64,000 nt of DNA from a virus (taxonomy: Duplodnaviria; Caudoviricetes): IMG/VR virus record IMGVR_UViG_2522572160_000003; one strand, given 5' to 3'. Made by a program: the position numbers and the translations under genes. Below are positions 28,062 through 38,011 of this stretch, piece by piece; positions within the stretch are counted from its first letter, which is position 1, and every line of letters begins with the position of its first letter. Below the pieces are notes generated by a model that saw only the letters and a program-made list of their open reading frames with translations, had not been told where the DNA came from and made no database searches.

Positions 28062-28279
28062 TCGCAATCCTCCCATGGGACGTTCCCCTTATTTTCGATC
28101 AATTCAAAACGCGGATCTGCGGCAAGGGCCGCGATGGCTTCCGGGGCGGCCTCGATCCACACAAGATCCGGGCCTGCCTTGGATGCGGAATGGCCGCACT
28201 CGACTTGCGATCCGTCCGCAAGGGTGAAATCGGTCCTACTGCCATCCAGAACCCGAAATAGTGCTTTGCTCGTCTCCAT
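28058..28279 (-). CDS. Small hypothetical protein (possible tail-fibre chaperone)
   Basis: AAGGAG RBS; directly after the receptor-binding protein gene. Confidence 0.5.
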   Translation of the reverse strand: METSKALFRVLDGSRTDFTLADGSQVECGHSASKAGPDLVWIEAAPEAIAALAADPRFELIENKGNVPWEDCE

Positions 28280-28288
28280 GATCGCTCC

Positions 28289-31200
28289 TTACCTGATATA
28301 AAGCCCGCTGGCGTATGAGTTGGGCCCGGTGCCCATGTATCCATGCCAATCCCCCAGGTTTGCGTTTATGATCTCCTGATCCGTGCCAACCTGGGCGAGG
28401 CTGTCCAGATCCGCGCCGTAGGAGAAGGTATAGACGTTCCCCACGCGTTCGATCTGAATGATCCCTCCGTCCACGTAGGAAATGGAGGATTCTATAATCG
28501 GCTGCCGCCAGCCTAACGCGGTGGTCACGGAATAGACTTTAAGACTATTGGCGTCGGCAGCATCGATAACGGCTGCAATGAAGTTTTGAGGATCGTCCGG
28601 ATCATCCAGGGCCATAATCAGGCCTGACAACTCATCATCCAGCGCGGTTATGGGCGCCTTGAGAATTCGCGTGTTCGGCGCTCGGGTGACGCAATACAGC
28701 GAGGATTGTTCAGGCTTCCTGACCGATACGTAGTCCAAGTATCCATCGGTCAGGTCTTGATACCCGTATAGAATGTATCCAGCCCCATAGCCCTTTGTGG
28801 GCATGAAATGCTTTGACACGGACTGCGATGGCGTGATTAACGTGCCGCCCTCAAATGCGGATAACGTGGACTGCCCGATCTTTAAATTGGACACGGCCCC
28901 GGCCTGAGCCAGAAGATAAAGTCCGTCGAACGATGGAGGCGACACGACTTCCAAATACTGATCCCCGCCGCCAGCCGTCACCGTGGCCCGGCCGTCTGAT
29001 ACATCCCAGGAAGCCCCGATGGTCCATGCAGTAGGATCGTCAAAGTGGGGATCTGGAATATACTCCGCCCCTTCCAGGATCTCCCGCGCCCATGCGTCAT
29101 CGTACCATGTGTCGCCGACGCCTGGCCCCCAGAACAAAAGCCGAACGGACGTGCAGCCTTCTGAGGCGGTGAAACAAAAATTAACGGGTTTATATGATGT
29201 GTCGGTTATGCCTGTTTCAATGGATGTTTGGATATATTCAGAATTTGCGCGGTCATAAAGCCCCCACCATCCAACCCCGGTCCCATCGCTGCGATTGTGA
29301 AACCCAACGGCGTAATGTTTTCCAGGTTCGACATCAAAGTTTTGGTATCTGTACGGGCTGGCTGCTCCGCCCCTGGTCAACTGGAGTGCATAGTCGCCAT
29401 AATGGGATGTGCCGCTGATGGTGTAACTGCCATCGCCATCGTCGCCTGGCCATCCTGTAATGTCCCCCGTTTCAAAACCTGGGTTGGTTTCAATCAGGTT
29501 GACAGCCCCAAGGCTTTGCTGCTTGCAGGAAATGGATCTGTACGTGATGTCGGTGGTCACCCCGTAGCGCCATAATTTTATTTGGGTTGATGTATCAACA
29601 GCAACAAAGTAATAGTAGTTTACCCCCGTTGTCCAATCCATGACAACTGCGCTCAAAATACCGTCGCTAATCTCAAGCCGGACACTTCCGGCATCTATAG
29701 AGCAATCTATTTCTAACTTGTATACTCCGCCCGCAACGGTTGTTAGTGTTTTATATATATTGACGTTTGCACTTGACCCAACCATCCTTATGCCGCCTGA
29801 ATCACCAGGCAAAACATAATTTGACGCATCCCGCTGATACATCAACCACCCATCCCACGAAACTTCCTTCAATTCGTAGCCGGGAATGACCGTTGCAGTG
29901 CTCGACGTGCAAACAAACCGGGTTCCGATCTCGTTGGAAGCGGCGCCCATCTCGGTGTAGTCGGGGCGGGGGAGGATTTGCTGGATGGCGGCTTCGTCGA
30001 AATAGGCTTTACCGCCTTCTGTCGAGGGGCATTTGAAATAGGGTGTAATGCGGGTACATCCATCGGGAATAGTGAATACAAAAGAAATTTTAGTCCAGGT
30101 AGTATCACTGACACCTGTACTTGTAGCCCCTACAATGTAAGTCCCACCAATATTGTTGTAAATGTAATACCTCCCGCCATAAGAACCATCCCCACAAGTC
30201 CAGAAAGACATCATATAGGATGCGCCAGGAATTACTGTGCGATTCGCTGACCCAACCCTGGTGTCCACACTTACTCCAGCTGTCAACTTGCAAGAATGAC
30301 TCCCGCTATAAACAATGATTGCCTCATTGTTTATAGCACCATCGCTTTTATACTCATCAAAATTTGCAAAAACATCATCCCCGCCAATCCCAGCATCCTC
30401 AAAATCTCCATTGGGAACGATGTTCTCACCAAGCGATTGCTGTTGAACGCTCACGCCGGTATAAGTAATATCGGTTGCGCCTGTGTTGTCACGGTAGAAA
30501 TAAACTCTTATGGACGTACATCCATCAGGCGCAACAAAGCAAAGCTCATTATCACCGCTTGACCATCCCATATTTGCGCTGGCGGAGATATCTTGTGAAT
30601 TGGTGACGTCATATAGCCCAAGCCTTACGTCCCCGGCGGCTATTGTGCAATTTACCAACAACCTTTGTACCGTTCCGGCAACAACGCTGATTTCTTTTCT
30701 GAAATACACCGCGCTTGTGTTGTCGGAGATTAAGCGTAGGCCTCCCGTCTCGCCGGGCTGGACGTAGTTGGAACCGTCTCGACCGTAAAGCGTTGTATCA
30801 TCCCAATAGGCCTCCTGAATGGAATCCGTGGCGGATAACGTGAGCGACGTCCCGTCCGCAATGAACCGGGTTCCCACGGCATTATCCGGCGCCCCGGCCA
30901 AGGTGAAATCCACGGAATCCTGGGCAGCGATCTCCACGTAATGCCCTGCATAGTCGGCCAGATCCCCGGACGTTATCTCCGATCCCAGGCTGGTAAGGGC
31001 GAAATTGCCGTTACTCACAAGCTCAATGGGCGCGTTCCCCTGGATCTCCATGTAGTGCCCGAGATAGGACGTCAAATCGCCGGAATTGATCTCCGGCCCC
31101 GTGGACGTTTCCGCAAACGTCCCGTTCGTCACCTGCTCGGGCGAGTAGAACGACGGCTGCACATGCAGGCCGTTGACGTCCACAAAGGCGCCGGCGCCGG

Positions 31201-31303
31201 ACAGCCAGTAGGGGATCTTGCCCGTGGAAAAGTCGGTCATGCGGGCGGCGTATTGCTGCTTCCAGCCCCCGAAACCGTTGTACTTGCTGAATCCTGATAG
31301 CAT
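28289..31303 (-). CDS. Putative receptor-binding protein with multiple CBM4/9-like jelly-roll modules
   Basis: Repeated NL..NG.FE...PG..Y..SFW...W....F.FT.P.GC...YFD modules; tail-distal position. Confidence 0.7.
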   Translation of the reverse strand: MLSGFSKYNGFGGWKQQYAARMTDFSTGKIPYWLSGAGAFVDVNGLHVQPSFYSPEQVTNGTFAETSTGPEINSGDLTSYLGHYMEIQGNAPIELVSNGNFALTSLGSEITSGDLADYAGHYVEIAAQDSVDFTLAGAPDNAVGTRFIADGTSLTLSATDSIQEAYWDDTTLYGRDGSNYVQPGETGGLRLISDNTSAVYFRKEISVVAGTVQRLLVNCTIAAGDVRLGLYDVTNSQDISASANMGWSSGDNELCFVAPDGCTSIRVYFYRDNTGATDITYTGVSVQQQSLGENIVPNGDFEDAGIGGDDVFANFDEYKSDGAINNEAIIVYSGSHSCKLTAGVSVDTRVGSANRTVIPGASYMMSFWTCGDGSYGGRYYIYNNIGGTYIVGATSTGVSDTTWTKISFVFTIPDGCTRITPYFKCPSTEGGKAYFDEAAIQQILPRPDYTEMGAASNEIGTRFVCTSSTATVIPGYELKEVSWDGWLMYQRDASNYVLPGDSGGIRMVGSSANVNIYKTLTTVAGGVYKLEIDCSIDAGSVRLEISDGILSAVVMDWTTGVNYYYFVAVDTSTQIKLWRYGVTTDITYRSISCKQQSLGAVNLIETNPGFETGDITGWPGDDGDGSYTISGTSHYGDYALQLTRGGAASPYRYQNFDVEPGKHYAVGFHNRSDGTGVGWWGLYDRANSEYIQTSIETGITDTSYKPVNFCFTASEGCTSVRLLFWGPGVGDTWYDDAWAREILEGAEYIPDPHFDDPTAWTIGASWDVSDGRATVTAGGGDQYLEVVSPPSFDGLYLLAQAGAVSNLKIGQSTLSAFEGGTLITPSQSVSKHFMPTKGYGAGYILYGYQDLTDGYLDYVSVRKPEQSSLYCVTRAPNTRILKAPITALDDELSGLIMALDDPDDPQNFIAAVIDAADANSLKVYSVTTALGWRQPIIESSISYVDGGIIQIERVGNVYTFSYGADLDSLAQVGTDQEIINANLGDWHGYMGTGPNSYASGLYIR

Positions 31304-31313
31304 GGGCGCCTCC

Positions 31314-31679
31314 TTACCGTGCGCCTACATAAAGGATAATGGTCACGGCGTCGCCGCCCGTTTCGCGCAGGCGCAGCTTGATTTCGGGCGCCACGGGCAT
31401 GCACTCCTGGTTGCTTTCGATAAGCACCACGCCGTCCTCATCCTCCCCGGACTCATCGGTCAGGCCCGTGGCCATGGAGATCTTTCCTTCGCCCATGCGG
31501 AAATTGGTCTTGCCGATGCTGCCCAGGATGTCCACGGCCACTTCGCCGTCGCCTGTGATGTGCAGCTCCGCGCCGATGATGCCGTCGCCGCGCCCCATGC
31601 CCATGGGGCTGGGCATGGTCCAACTGCCACCGGCTTCCAGGTTGATTGTGATGGGATCGTAATCGCGAAAATTAAGCAT
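31314..31679 (-). CDS. Hypothetical tail-associated protein
   Basis: AGGAGG RBS; beta-rich; located in the tail module. Confidence 0.6.
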   Translation of the reverse strand: MLNFRDYDPITINLEAGGSWTMPSPMGMGRGDGIIGAELHITGDGEVAVDILGSIGKTNFRMGEGKISMATGLTDESGEDEDGVVLIESNQECMPVAPEIKLRLRETGGDAVTIILYVGAR

Positions 31680-31688
31680 GCGAGCCTC

Positions 31689-34646
31689 CTATGTTGCGTT
31701 GTCTATGGCGATGATTTCCAGCCGGTCCATTTCCCTGGCCTTGGCCGATCCCAGGAAGTGGGTTGTCTTGAGCACTTCGGCCGTGAACCCGCTCATGGAG
31801 TCCAGGGGGTGGGTGATGGCGATGTAATCCCCCGGCTCCGCCTCCATGTTGTCCAAATACACGGAAAGGTCGGGCATTTTCCGGGGCCGTTTGTGCTGGG
31901 CCAGGTAAAAGGCGCCCACGTGGGCGGCCATGGTTTCGTCGCGGACCGCATCAAAGTAGAAGTCCGCTTCCCGGGTGGGGTTGCGTTCTCCGTAGGTGGA
32001 AATGGAAGCCGCGTCCGTGCAGGCCGCGGCGTCCAGGTAGTCTCCAGCCTGGCTTCCCCCGGCCGTCTGATCCTTGTCAAAATGCACGGTGAAGGCGTTG
32101 ATGAGGATGTCCACTGGCGTCCGGGAAATGGAAAGGGAATCCAGGACAATGGCCGAAGTTCCCACGGCCAAATCGGCGGATTGGGCGAGCTGGCGCGGCA
32201 AAAGCCGGGCTGTTCCGTAGGGCGTAAACCGGAAGAACGACCGGCATTGAAAGGCCAGCCGGGCCAGGAGGCTGGCGGCCTGTTCGGTCCGGGTAATGGC
32301 CAGGGCGAAAGCGTAGCTGTTTGTGCTGAAAAACGTCCCGGCTTCCGTGAATGCGGCCGCATCCAGCAAATCGGCGCCCATGCCCAGGCCGGTCATTAAA
32401 AGATGTTTGAACACGTGGTCCGGGCGTTCGATGATGGCGTTTGCCGTTCCCGTATAAGTCCCGGAGGCGTCGTCTTGATAGCCTTCCAGGTTTGCCGTGA
32501 CCTGGCCGCCTATGACGGTGTCGGCGCTGGAATTGCCGGTCAAGGTTACAAGCACCCCTTCGGCGGCGGATGCGATCACGCCAATGCCGTAGGTTGCCTC
32601 CACGGACACCTCGTAAATGCGGGTCGCTTTTCCGAGGAACAGGTCGTCGCAGTCGATGTACACGGTGAACGCCCAATCGTTCCGGGAAAAGTTCCGGTAA
32701 ACCGTGGCAACGTTGTCTACGCCGCCCGTGCCGGGAAGGTATTGCCGGGAGCTGCCGTCAATCCCCACCTTCAGATAATTGCTGCCCTCGCTGATATCCG
32801 TGGAATACACGATTTTAACGCGCAGGTTGGACACGGTCCCCAGGGAAGTGCGGGAAAAGGTGATTCCCAGGGGCTCGTTTTCGTCCATGGCGTTGTTGTA
32901 GGCGTAGGTGCTTTCATTCCCGTCCTTGGCGTTGGATTCGCTGTTCCAACTGCCCGATGAATCGCTCCAGCCGGTGGCCGGGATGGAAACCGTGGTGGAG
33001 CTGGAGGATTCGTGGGAGTGGTTTCCTTCGTCCACGTCCGCCGAAAGATTGACCTGCTTCACCACCGTGGGCAGGGCGGAAAAGGCGATCACGGCCTTGC
33101 CGGTGTAGCCGGTCAGCACGTCGCCTGTCTGGCCTGTGTAAGCCGTGTACCCGGATGTCTGGCGGACGCCGTCCACGAATACGTCGCCAATGCTTTTAAC
33201 CGGATGCCCGGCCAATAGATAAACGTATTGGGAAAGCACCTGGGCGGCGCTGGCGCCGGCGTCATGCAAGGACGCGTCCGTGCTATTCGCTCCCCGGGTG
33301 CAGCCGGTCAGGGCATCGCCGGATTTGCCGGTGTAGGTTATTTGCTCCGAGTCGATTTGCACGGTTCCGGATGTTGGAAACACGCTGGCGTCTGACAGGG
33401 TGATGGACGTCGCCGAAGCGGTCACGTCGCCAGGCAGGTTGGACATGGCCCCGGCCTTGACGGCCAGGCAGGGCAGGTTATCCACGGCGCCGTAAACAAT
33501 GGGCTGCATCTTGCCGATGGCGTCGGGGTCGGCGTTGGGGAAGTCGTCGTAGGTGACGGCCAGATCCCGGCCGATCAAACGGTCGTACTTGGCCCATAGG
33601 CCCTGGATAAGCAGGGTGCATGTCATGGAGTTGTATCCCGTGACCTCCCGGACGTAGCCCTGGAAGATGATTTCCTTTTCATCCCAGGCCAAGCCCTTGA
33701 ACCACTGATAAATCGTGACCGGCACGGACTCCACGGGCTCGGAATCAAACAGGCTGGAAAAAGGCGTATCCCCCGTGTTGGCCAGGGTCAGTTCCAGGTC
33801 GGGCGCCGTGACCGGCGAAATCAGATCCCGGGCCGCGTCCGTGGCCGAATCCACGTAGGACCAATCCGTGACCAGGCCGGATATGGAAATCGTGCTGGTT
33901 TCAATGGTCAAAGGCCCCACATATCCTGAAAACGGGTGCATGAGGCTATACCCTGTGCCGACCCTGCCGACCGCGTATAAATAGCGCATGGACAACGCGG
34001 CCGAGAGCGTGACGCTCAGGGTATCCACAAGCACGGTCCGGGCGGAATCGGAATAGATGGCGAATGTCAAAACCTTGGAGGCCGAATTGTAGGCGATGGT
34101 TGTATAGTAGGTTGCATCGGCGAGCAAGGCCGTGGTTTGGTCACTAACGCTCCATCCATCGCCCTTGGCTTTTAAATTCACCACTACCCCGGTCAATGAG
34201 TACAAGGCGGTTTCGGCGTATATTGAAGCATTAAGGGATGACATACCACTCGTTCCATCCATCGCCTCATCGGCCACGCCCCATATCCCCATCCAGGAAA
34301 GTGGAAATGAATCGGCGCTGTTCACCCGAAAGGATGACTGTTGCACGAAATCAGCAAGGCCAAAAGCTCCGTCCCCCATGTCGCAATAGCAATAGACATT
34401 TTCGGATGTGGTGCTTGCGGGCACAGCAATCTGGATGGAATCGGACGCAACCGTGAGCACGCCCGGATCGTCCCCCTCAACAAATTCCGTGAAGTCTTGC
34501 TCCGTAGGCGATTCCAGAGCGACGGACACGGCCAGATCCCGGTCCGAAACAAGCAAGGGCGTTGCAAAATCAAAGTCCACCAGGTTGACGGGCGCCGTCC
34601 CCCGTTTGGCCCTTTCCGCGTCGAATGCCGTGTTAAAATCGCGCAT
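31689..34646 (-). CDS. Tail tip/hub (Tal-like) protein with inserted domains
   Basis: FPNADPDAIGK.QPIVYG, YLLAGHP, SI..YG.R and EPGD.I.I motifs; follows Dit. Confidence 0.7.
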   Translation of the reverse strand: MRDFNTAFDAERAKRGTAPVNLVDFDFATPLLVSDRDLAVSVALESPTEQDFTEFVEGDDPGVLTVASDSIQIAVPASTTSENVYCYCDMGDGAFGLADFVQQSSFRVNSADSFPLSWMGIWGVADEAMDGTSGMSSLNASIYAETALYSLTGVVVNLKAKGDGWSVSDQTTALLADATYYTTIAYNSASKVLTFAIYSDSARTVLVDTLSVTLSAALSMRYLYAVGRVGTGYSLMHPFSGYVGPLTIETSTISISGLVTDWSYVDSATDAARDLISPVTAPDLELTLANTGDTPFSSLFDSEPVESVPVTIYQWFKGLAWDEKEIIFQGYVREVTGYNSMTCTLLIQGLWAKYDRLIGRDLAVTYDDFPNADPDAIGKMQPIVYGAVDNLPCLAVKAGAMSNLPGDVTASATSITLSDASVFPTSGTVQIDSEQITYTGKSGDALTGCTRGANSTDASLHDAGASAAQVLSQYVYLLAGHPVKSIGDVFVDGVRQTSGYTAYTGQTGDVLTGYTGKAVIAFSALPTVVKQVNLSADVDEGNHSHESSSSTTVSIPATGWSDSSGSWNSESNAKDGNESTYAYNNAMDENEPLGITFSRTSLGTVSNLRVKIVYSTDISEGSNYLKVGIDGSSRQYLPGTGGVDNVATVYRNFSRNDWAFTVYIDCDDLFLGKATRIYEVSVEATYGIGVIASAAEGVLVTLTGNSSADTVIGGQVTANLEGYQDDASGTYTGTANAIIERPDHVFKHLLMTGLGMGADLLDAAAFTEAGTFFSTNSYAFALAITRTEQAASLLARLAFQCRSFFRFTPYGTARLLPRQLAQSADLAVGTSAIVLDSLSISRTPVDILINAFTVHFDKDQTAGGSQAGDYLDAAACTDAASISTYGERNPTREADFYFDAVRDETMAAHVGAFYLAQHKRPRKMPDLSVYLDNMEAEPGDYIAITHPLDSMSGFTAEVLKTTHFLGSAKAREMDRLEIIAIDNAT

Positions 34647-35017
34647 CAGGCAACCTCCTCGCGAAGGGTGATCGTGCCCTTGTAGTAGGTGTTGGCCACA
34701 AGGCTTAACGGGTTCTCCACGTCCATAAGCCGGACCGTGTGATCGTCCCCGTCCTCATCCGTGAAAGTAAAGGTGTTCTTGGGGCCTACGGCGATGTTTT
34801 GGAGCCAGTCGGTGAAGTTCTCAAAGTCCGTCTGGGTCAACCGGGTGAAGACAAGCTGGAATTCCTGTTCCACCACGCCCTTGTCGTAAGCGTAAAGCTG
34901 CATGCCTTCGGTGTAGCCCGTGACCACGTTTACGGATACCGGATCATGGGCCGGAAGCGCACGGGCCTGGCTAAATGTGAATGTGTCCGAATCCTTGGTG
35001 AAGATGATGTTTGCCAC
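34646..35017 (-). CDS. Distal tail protein (Dit-like)
   Basis: Start re-called at GTG 35017 with GGAGG RBS; GPKNTFTFTD.DG; follows the tape measure gene. Confidence 0.65.
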   Translation of the reverse strand: MANIIFTKDSDTFTFSQARALPAHDPVSVNVVTGYTEGMQLYAYDKGVVEQEFQLVFTRLTQTDFENFTDWLQNIAVGPKNTFTFTDEDGDDHTVRLMDVENPLSLVANTYYKGTITLREEVA

Positions 35018-35059
35018 GGCCTGCCTCCTGTTTAAAAGCCGGTTTAACAACCTTTTAAA

Positions 35060-35134
35060 GATATTTTGCGGGGGACAACCTTTTGTGAACAAAAGGATTT
35101 TCCCCCACACCCCCTTTCCAAAAAACTTTTTAAA
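35060..35134. repeat. Palindromic intergenic element, family A
   Basis: GGGGGACAACCTTTTGTGAACAAAAGGATTTTCCCCCACACCCCCTTTCCAAAAAACTTTTTAAA; near-identical inverted copies at ~55820 and ~57337. Confidence 0.85.
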
Positions 35135-35160
35135 TCGTGTGAGCATGGGAGGCGTCCTTA

Positions 35161-37560
35161 TTAAGCCCTCTTAAACAGATTAAGCCGCACCAACTCAGGC
35201 CCCAGGACATTGCGGGCAAGAGACCGCATATCCTCGGGGGAATCCAATTTCGAGCCTTGCGGCATGTTGATGACAATGTCCCCGATGGAAACGCTGCCTC
35301 CCTGCGCCTGGGCCTGGTTTTTGGTCCTGACTTCCTCGCCCTTATGCAGCACATACAGGCCCGTCTGAGGCACAAACCGCGTCCCGCTGGCGTAAGAGCC
35401 CATGATGGAATTCGGGTCCGGCGTGGAGGCCTCGCCCGTGTAAACGTCCTTGTGAATCGTGGTGATGGTCACGGTTTTGTCGTGGAGGGCGTCCAGCTCC
35501 TTTTGGATCATGTCAATGACCGGGGTGGCCGCGTCCTTGCCCCGGATTTCGATCTCCGTTTCCATGGCCTCGATTTGTTCGGCCAGGCTGGCAGCCAGAT
35601 TGGAGAGATATTCAATCTCCATGGCCGCCTCCTGGGCCGTGGAGGCCAGGGAATCGGCCCAGGCCTGATCCGCCTGAATTTGCCGGGCCTTGGCCGACTC
35701 CATATCCCGGAAGGTGCGGTCGATAATCGCCCCGGCCCGTTCGATGTCGGAAACGGCCGCCGAAATCACGTCCTTGGAGGATACGACGGTTTGCTCAGTT
35801 GCCCGGCCCCAGGAAACCGTGGTTTGGGTCACGCCCTGGGAAAACTCCATGGCCAGGGAGGAAACCGCCTGTTGATAGGCTTGCAGGGCTTCCACTTGCT
35901 CTTGCCCTGACAGGCGCATGGCCTCCGCGAATTGCTGATTTAACGCGGACCTCCTGGACTCGTACTTTTCCATGGGGTCCATGGCGGTTTCGGCAAGGCC
36001 TTGAACCAAAGCGCCGGTTTGCTTGCTGGCGCTTGCCCGGGCCTTTTCCAGGGCCATCAACTCCTGGATGTGTTGGGCCTGTTGCTCCTTAGCCCGTTCG
36101 CTCATGGCCGTGACTTGAGAGTAAAAAGACTGATAAGCCGAAAGGCGTTTATTGACTGCCGCCAGATCGGCTTCGGCGGTTTTTAATATGGCTTTCACCA
36201 TATCTTCGGAAGCGCCCTGGACGGATTGGGCGATAATGACGTTGTTATGGCCGATATTGCTTGCGGCTTTATCTCCGGATTGGGCTATTTGGTCGGCGGC
36301 GGCATTGATTTTTCGTTGCAGATCATCGGTGAAGCCTTCCACCATAATGCCAAAGTCCATCCACTTTTCAGAGGCCTTGCCCGCTTCATCGGCGCTTGAA
36401 AACATGGCCGAACCGAAATACTCCAGGCCGTCGATGGCCGTATCGAGCCATTTTTTGGGGTTGATATCCATCCCCAGAAAATTGCCTATCTTGTCGATGA
36501 TTGCGTTTACCACCTTGAAAAACGGGGATTTGTCGGTCATAAACTTCCCGGCCTGTAAAACAGCTTGGCCGAAGGCCGTGACGCCCGCCAGCGCCGTGAA
36601 GATGGACTCCTTGACTGCATACCAGGCGGCCGGGATGTAACCGATGGCAGTGATGATCTTGGTGATGGTCGTGGCGATGACGGCCCCGGTTTTGGCGGCC
36701 CATTCGGCCAGGCGGCCGTCGTTGTACATCTCGCCGATGTAATCGCGGATCTTGCCCAGGGTTTCCTTCAGCACGGTAAAGGCGCCGGAGCCCATGACAA
36801 GCCTTTCAAACTCTTTCCAGTAGGCCTTCAGGCTTTCCATGATGCCCACCCAGGCGTATTGCAGCTTTTCGGACATGCCGCCAAAGCGTTCGTTCATGCC
36901 TTCCAGCAAAGCCGATATGGCCTGATTGGCCGTGACGCCCTGATTGCCCAAATCGCCCAATTGCTCCCCGGTCAGGCCCAGCTTTTCCCCAAGGATCTGA
37001 TACGCAGGCACGCCCCTTTCGGCCAGCTGCATGATTTCTTCGGCCGATGCCTTGCCCTTGGTCTGGATCTGGCCAAGGGCGCGGGCTATGCCTTCCAGGG
37101 CTTCCTCGCCGCCTCCTATGGCGGACATGGTGTCCACCAGCGTGGTCATCTGGTCGATGGTCGGTTCCAAGCCCATGGCCCGCATCATCTTGAAAGACTC
37201 AATGGCCTTTTGGGTGTTGACCGGCATGGTCATGGCCCAGGAATTGAGGGCGTCAAACCACTCCTGGCCGTGCCCCTGGGTGATTGTGTCCAGGGACATT
37301 TGCAACTGCTCCATGCTGTCGGCCACGCTGATAAGCTGCCCGGACAAGGCCGCCAGGCCCCACCCGACAAATGCCACTATGGCGATGTTGCGAAGGTTGA
37401 TCAGCTTTTTGATAAGCCCGCCGACATCCTTGTTCAACAGGCCCAGGGTGCGCCGGGACTTTTTGGAGGACTTCTCCACGGCATCCCCAAACTTGGTGAT
37501 AACCGGGGAGCCCTTATCATCCACGCCGATCTCAATTTTTAGGGTGGCTTCGTTTGCCAT
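35161..37560 (-). CDS. Tail tape measure protein
   Basis: Tape-measure motif ALGQIQTKGKASAEEIMQLAERGVP; Ala-rich helical; C-terminal YASGTRFVP...LHKGE.V. Confidence 0.9.
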   Translation of the reverse strand: MANEATLKIEIGVDDKGSPVITKFGDAVEKSSKKSRRTLGLLNKDVGGLIKKLINLRNIAIVAFVGWGLAALSGQLISVADSMEQLQMSLDTITQGHGQEWFDALNSWAMTMPVNTQKAIESFKMMRAMGLEPTIDQMTTLVDTMSAIGGGEEALEGIARALGQIQTKGKASAEEIMQLAERGVPAYQILGEKLGLTGEQLGDLGNQGVTANQAISALLEGMNERFGGMSEKLQYAWVGIMESLKAYWKEFERLVMGSGAFTVLKETLGKIRDYIGEMYNDGRLAEWAAKTGAVIATTITKIITAIGYIPAAWYAVKESIFTALAGVTAFGQAVLQAGKFMTDKSPFFKVVNAIIDKIGNFLGMDINPKKWLDTAIDGLEYFGSAMFSSADEAGKASEKWMDFGIMVEGFTDDLQRKINAAADQIAQSGDKAASNIGHNNVIIAQSVQGASEDMVKAILKTAEADLAAVNKRLSAYQSFYSQVTAMSERAKEQQAQHIQELMALEKARASASKQTGALVQGLAETAMDPMEKYESRRSALNQQFAEAMRLSGQEQVEALQAYQQAVSSLAMEFSQGVTQTTVSWGRATEQTVVSSKDVISAAVSDIERAGAIIDRTFRDMESAKARQIQADQAWADSLASTAQEAAMEIEYLSNLAASLAEQIEAMETEIEIRGKDAATPVIDMIQKELDALHDKTVTITTIHKDVYTGEASTPDPNSIMGSYASGTRFVPQTGLYVLHKGEEVRTKNQAQAQGGSVSIGDIVINMPQGSKLDSPEDMRSLARNVLGPELVRLNLFKRA

Positions 37561-37570
37561 ATCAAAACCC

Positions 37571-37731
37571 TTAAAGGCTTTTGCGAGAGGGACACTTTTC
37601 TGAAAAAAAGGCCGCTGAGCGGCATCTTATCGGTTCAGCTTGTGCGGCCTCTCAATGTCATTCGCCAAAAATGATTTCCCCATTTAATGACAATTTATTG
37701 TCCCTCGCGCTCCCCCTTCAAAAGACTTTAA
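37571..37731. repeat. Expanded family-A-like palindromic element
   Basis: TAAAGGCTTTTGCGAGAGGGACA...TGTCCCTCGCGCTCCCCCTTCAAAAGACTTTA flanking internal hairpins. Confidence 0.5.
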
Positions 37732-37732
37732 A

Positions 37733-38011
37733 TCATGTCGTCTTAGGGGGAGACGAGTTGATCCATACTTCAATCACCGCCAGGTCAAGCCATTCTTCCA
37801 AGGTCAAGTCGTTGGCCCTGAACGGATATCCGGCCTTTTGCAGGGCGCGGATTCTAAAGAGTTTTTGCGTGTACGGGTGAAGGTCTTCTTCCCGGGCCTT
37901 GTGGCATTTGCCGCAGGCCCAGGAAAGATGATCGCCGAATTCGGCCCGGCACTTGGCTTCCTCCGCCTGGCCGCATATCCCGGCGCGGATCGCGGCCAGG
38001 TCGTCGCTCAG
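37733..38011 (-). CDS. Frameshift extension (gpT-like) of the tail assembly chaperone
   Basis: -1 frame after A AAA AAC reads LSDDLAAIRAGICGQ...WACGKC...QKAGYPFRANDLTLEEWLDLAVIE...KTT*; no ATG of its own. Confidence 0.75.
   Translation of the reverse strand: MSDDLAAIRAGICGQAEEAKCRAEFGDHLSWACGKCHKAREEDLHPYTQKLFRIRALQKAGYPFRANDLTLEEWLDLAVIEVWINSSPPKTT

Noticed and set aside
28289-34646. Diversity-generating retroelement or Gin-type invertible tail cassette
   Set aside because: No reverse transcriptase, serine invertase or adenine-specific repeat pair seen; repeats are diverged at the protein level.
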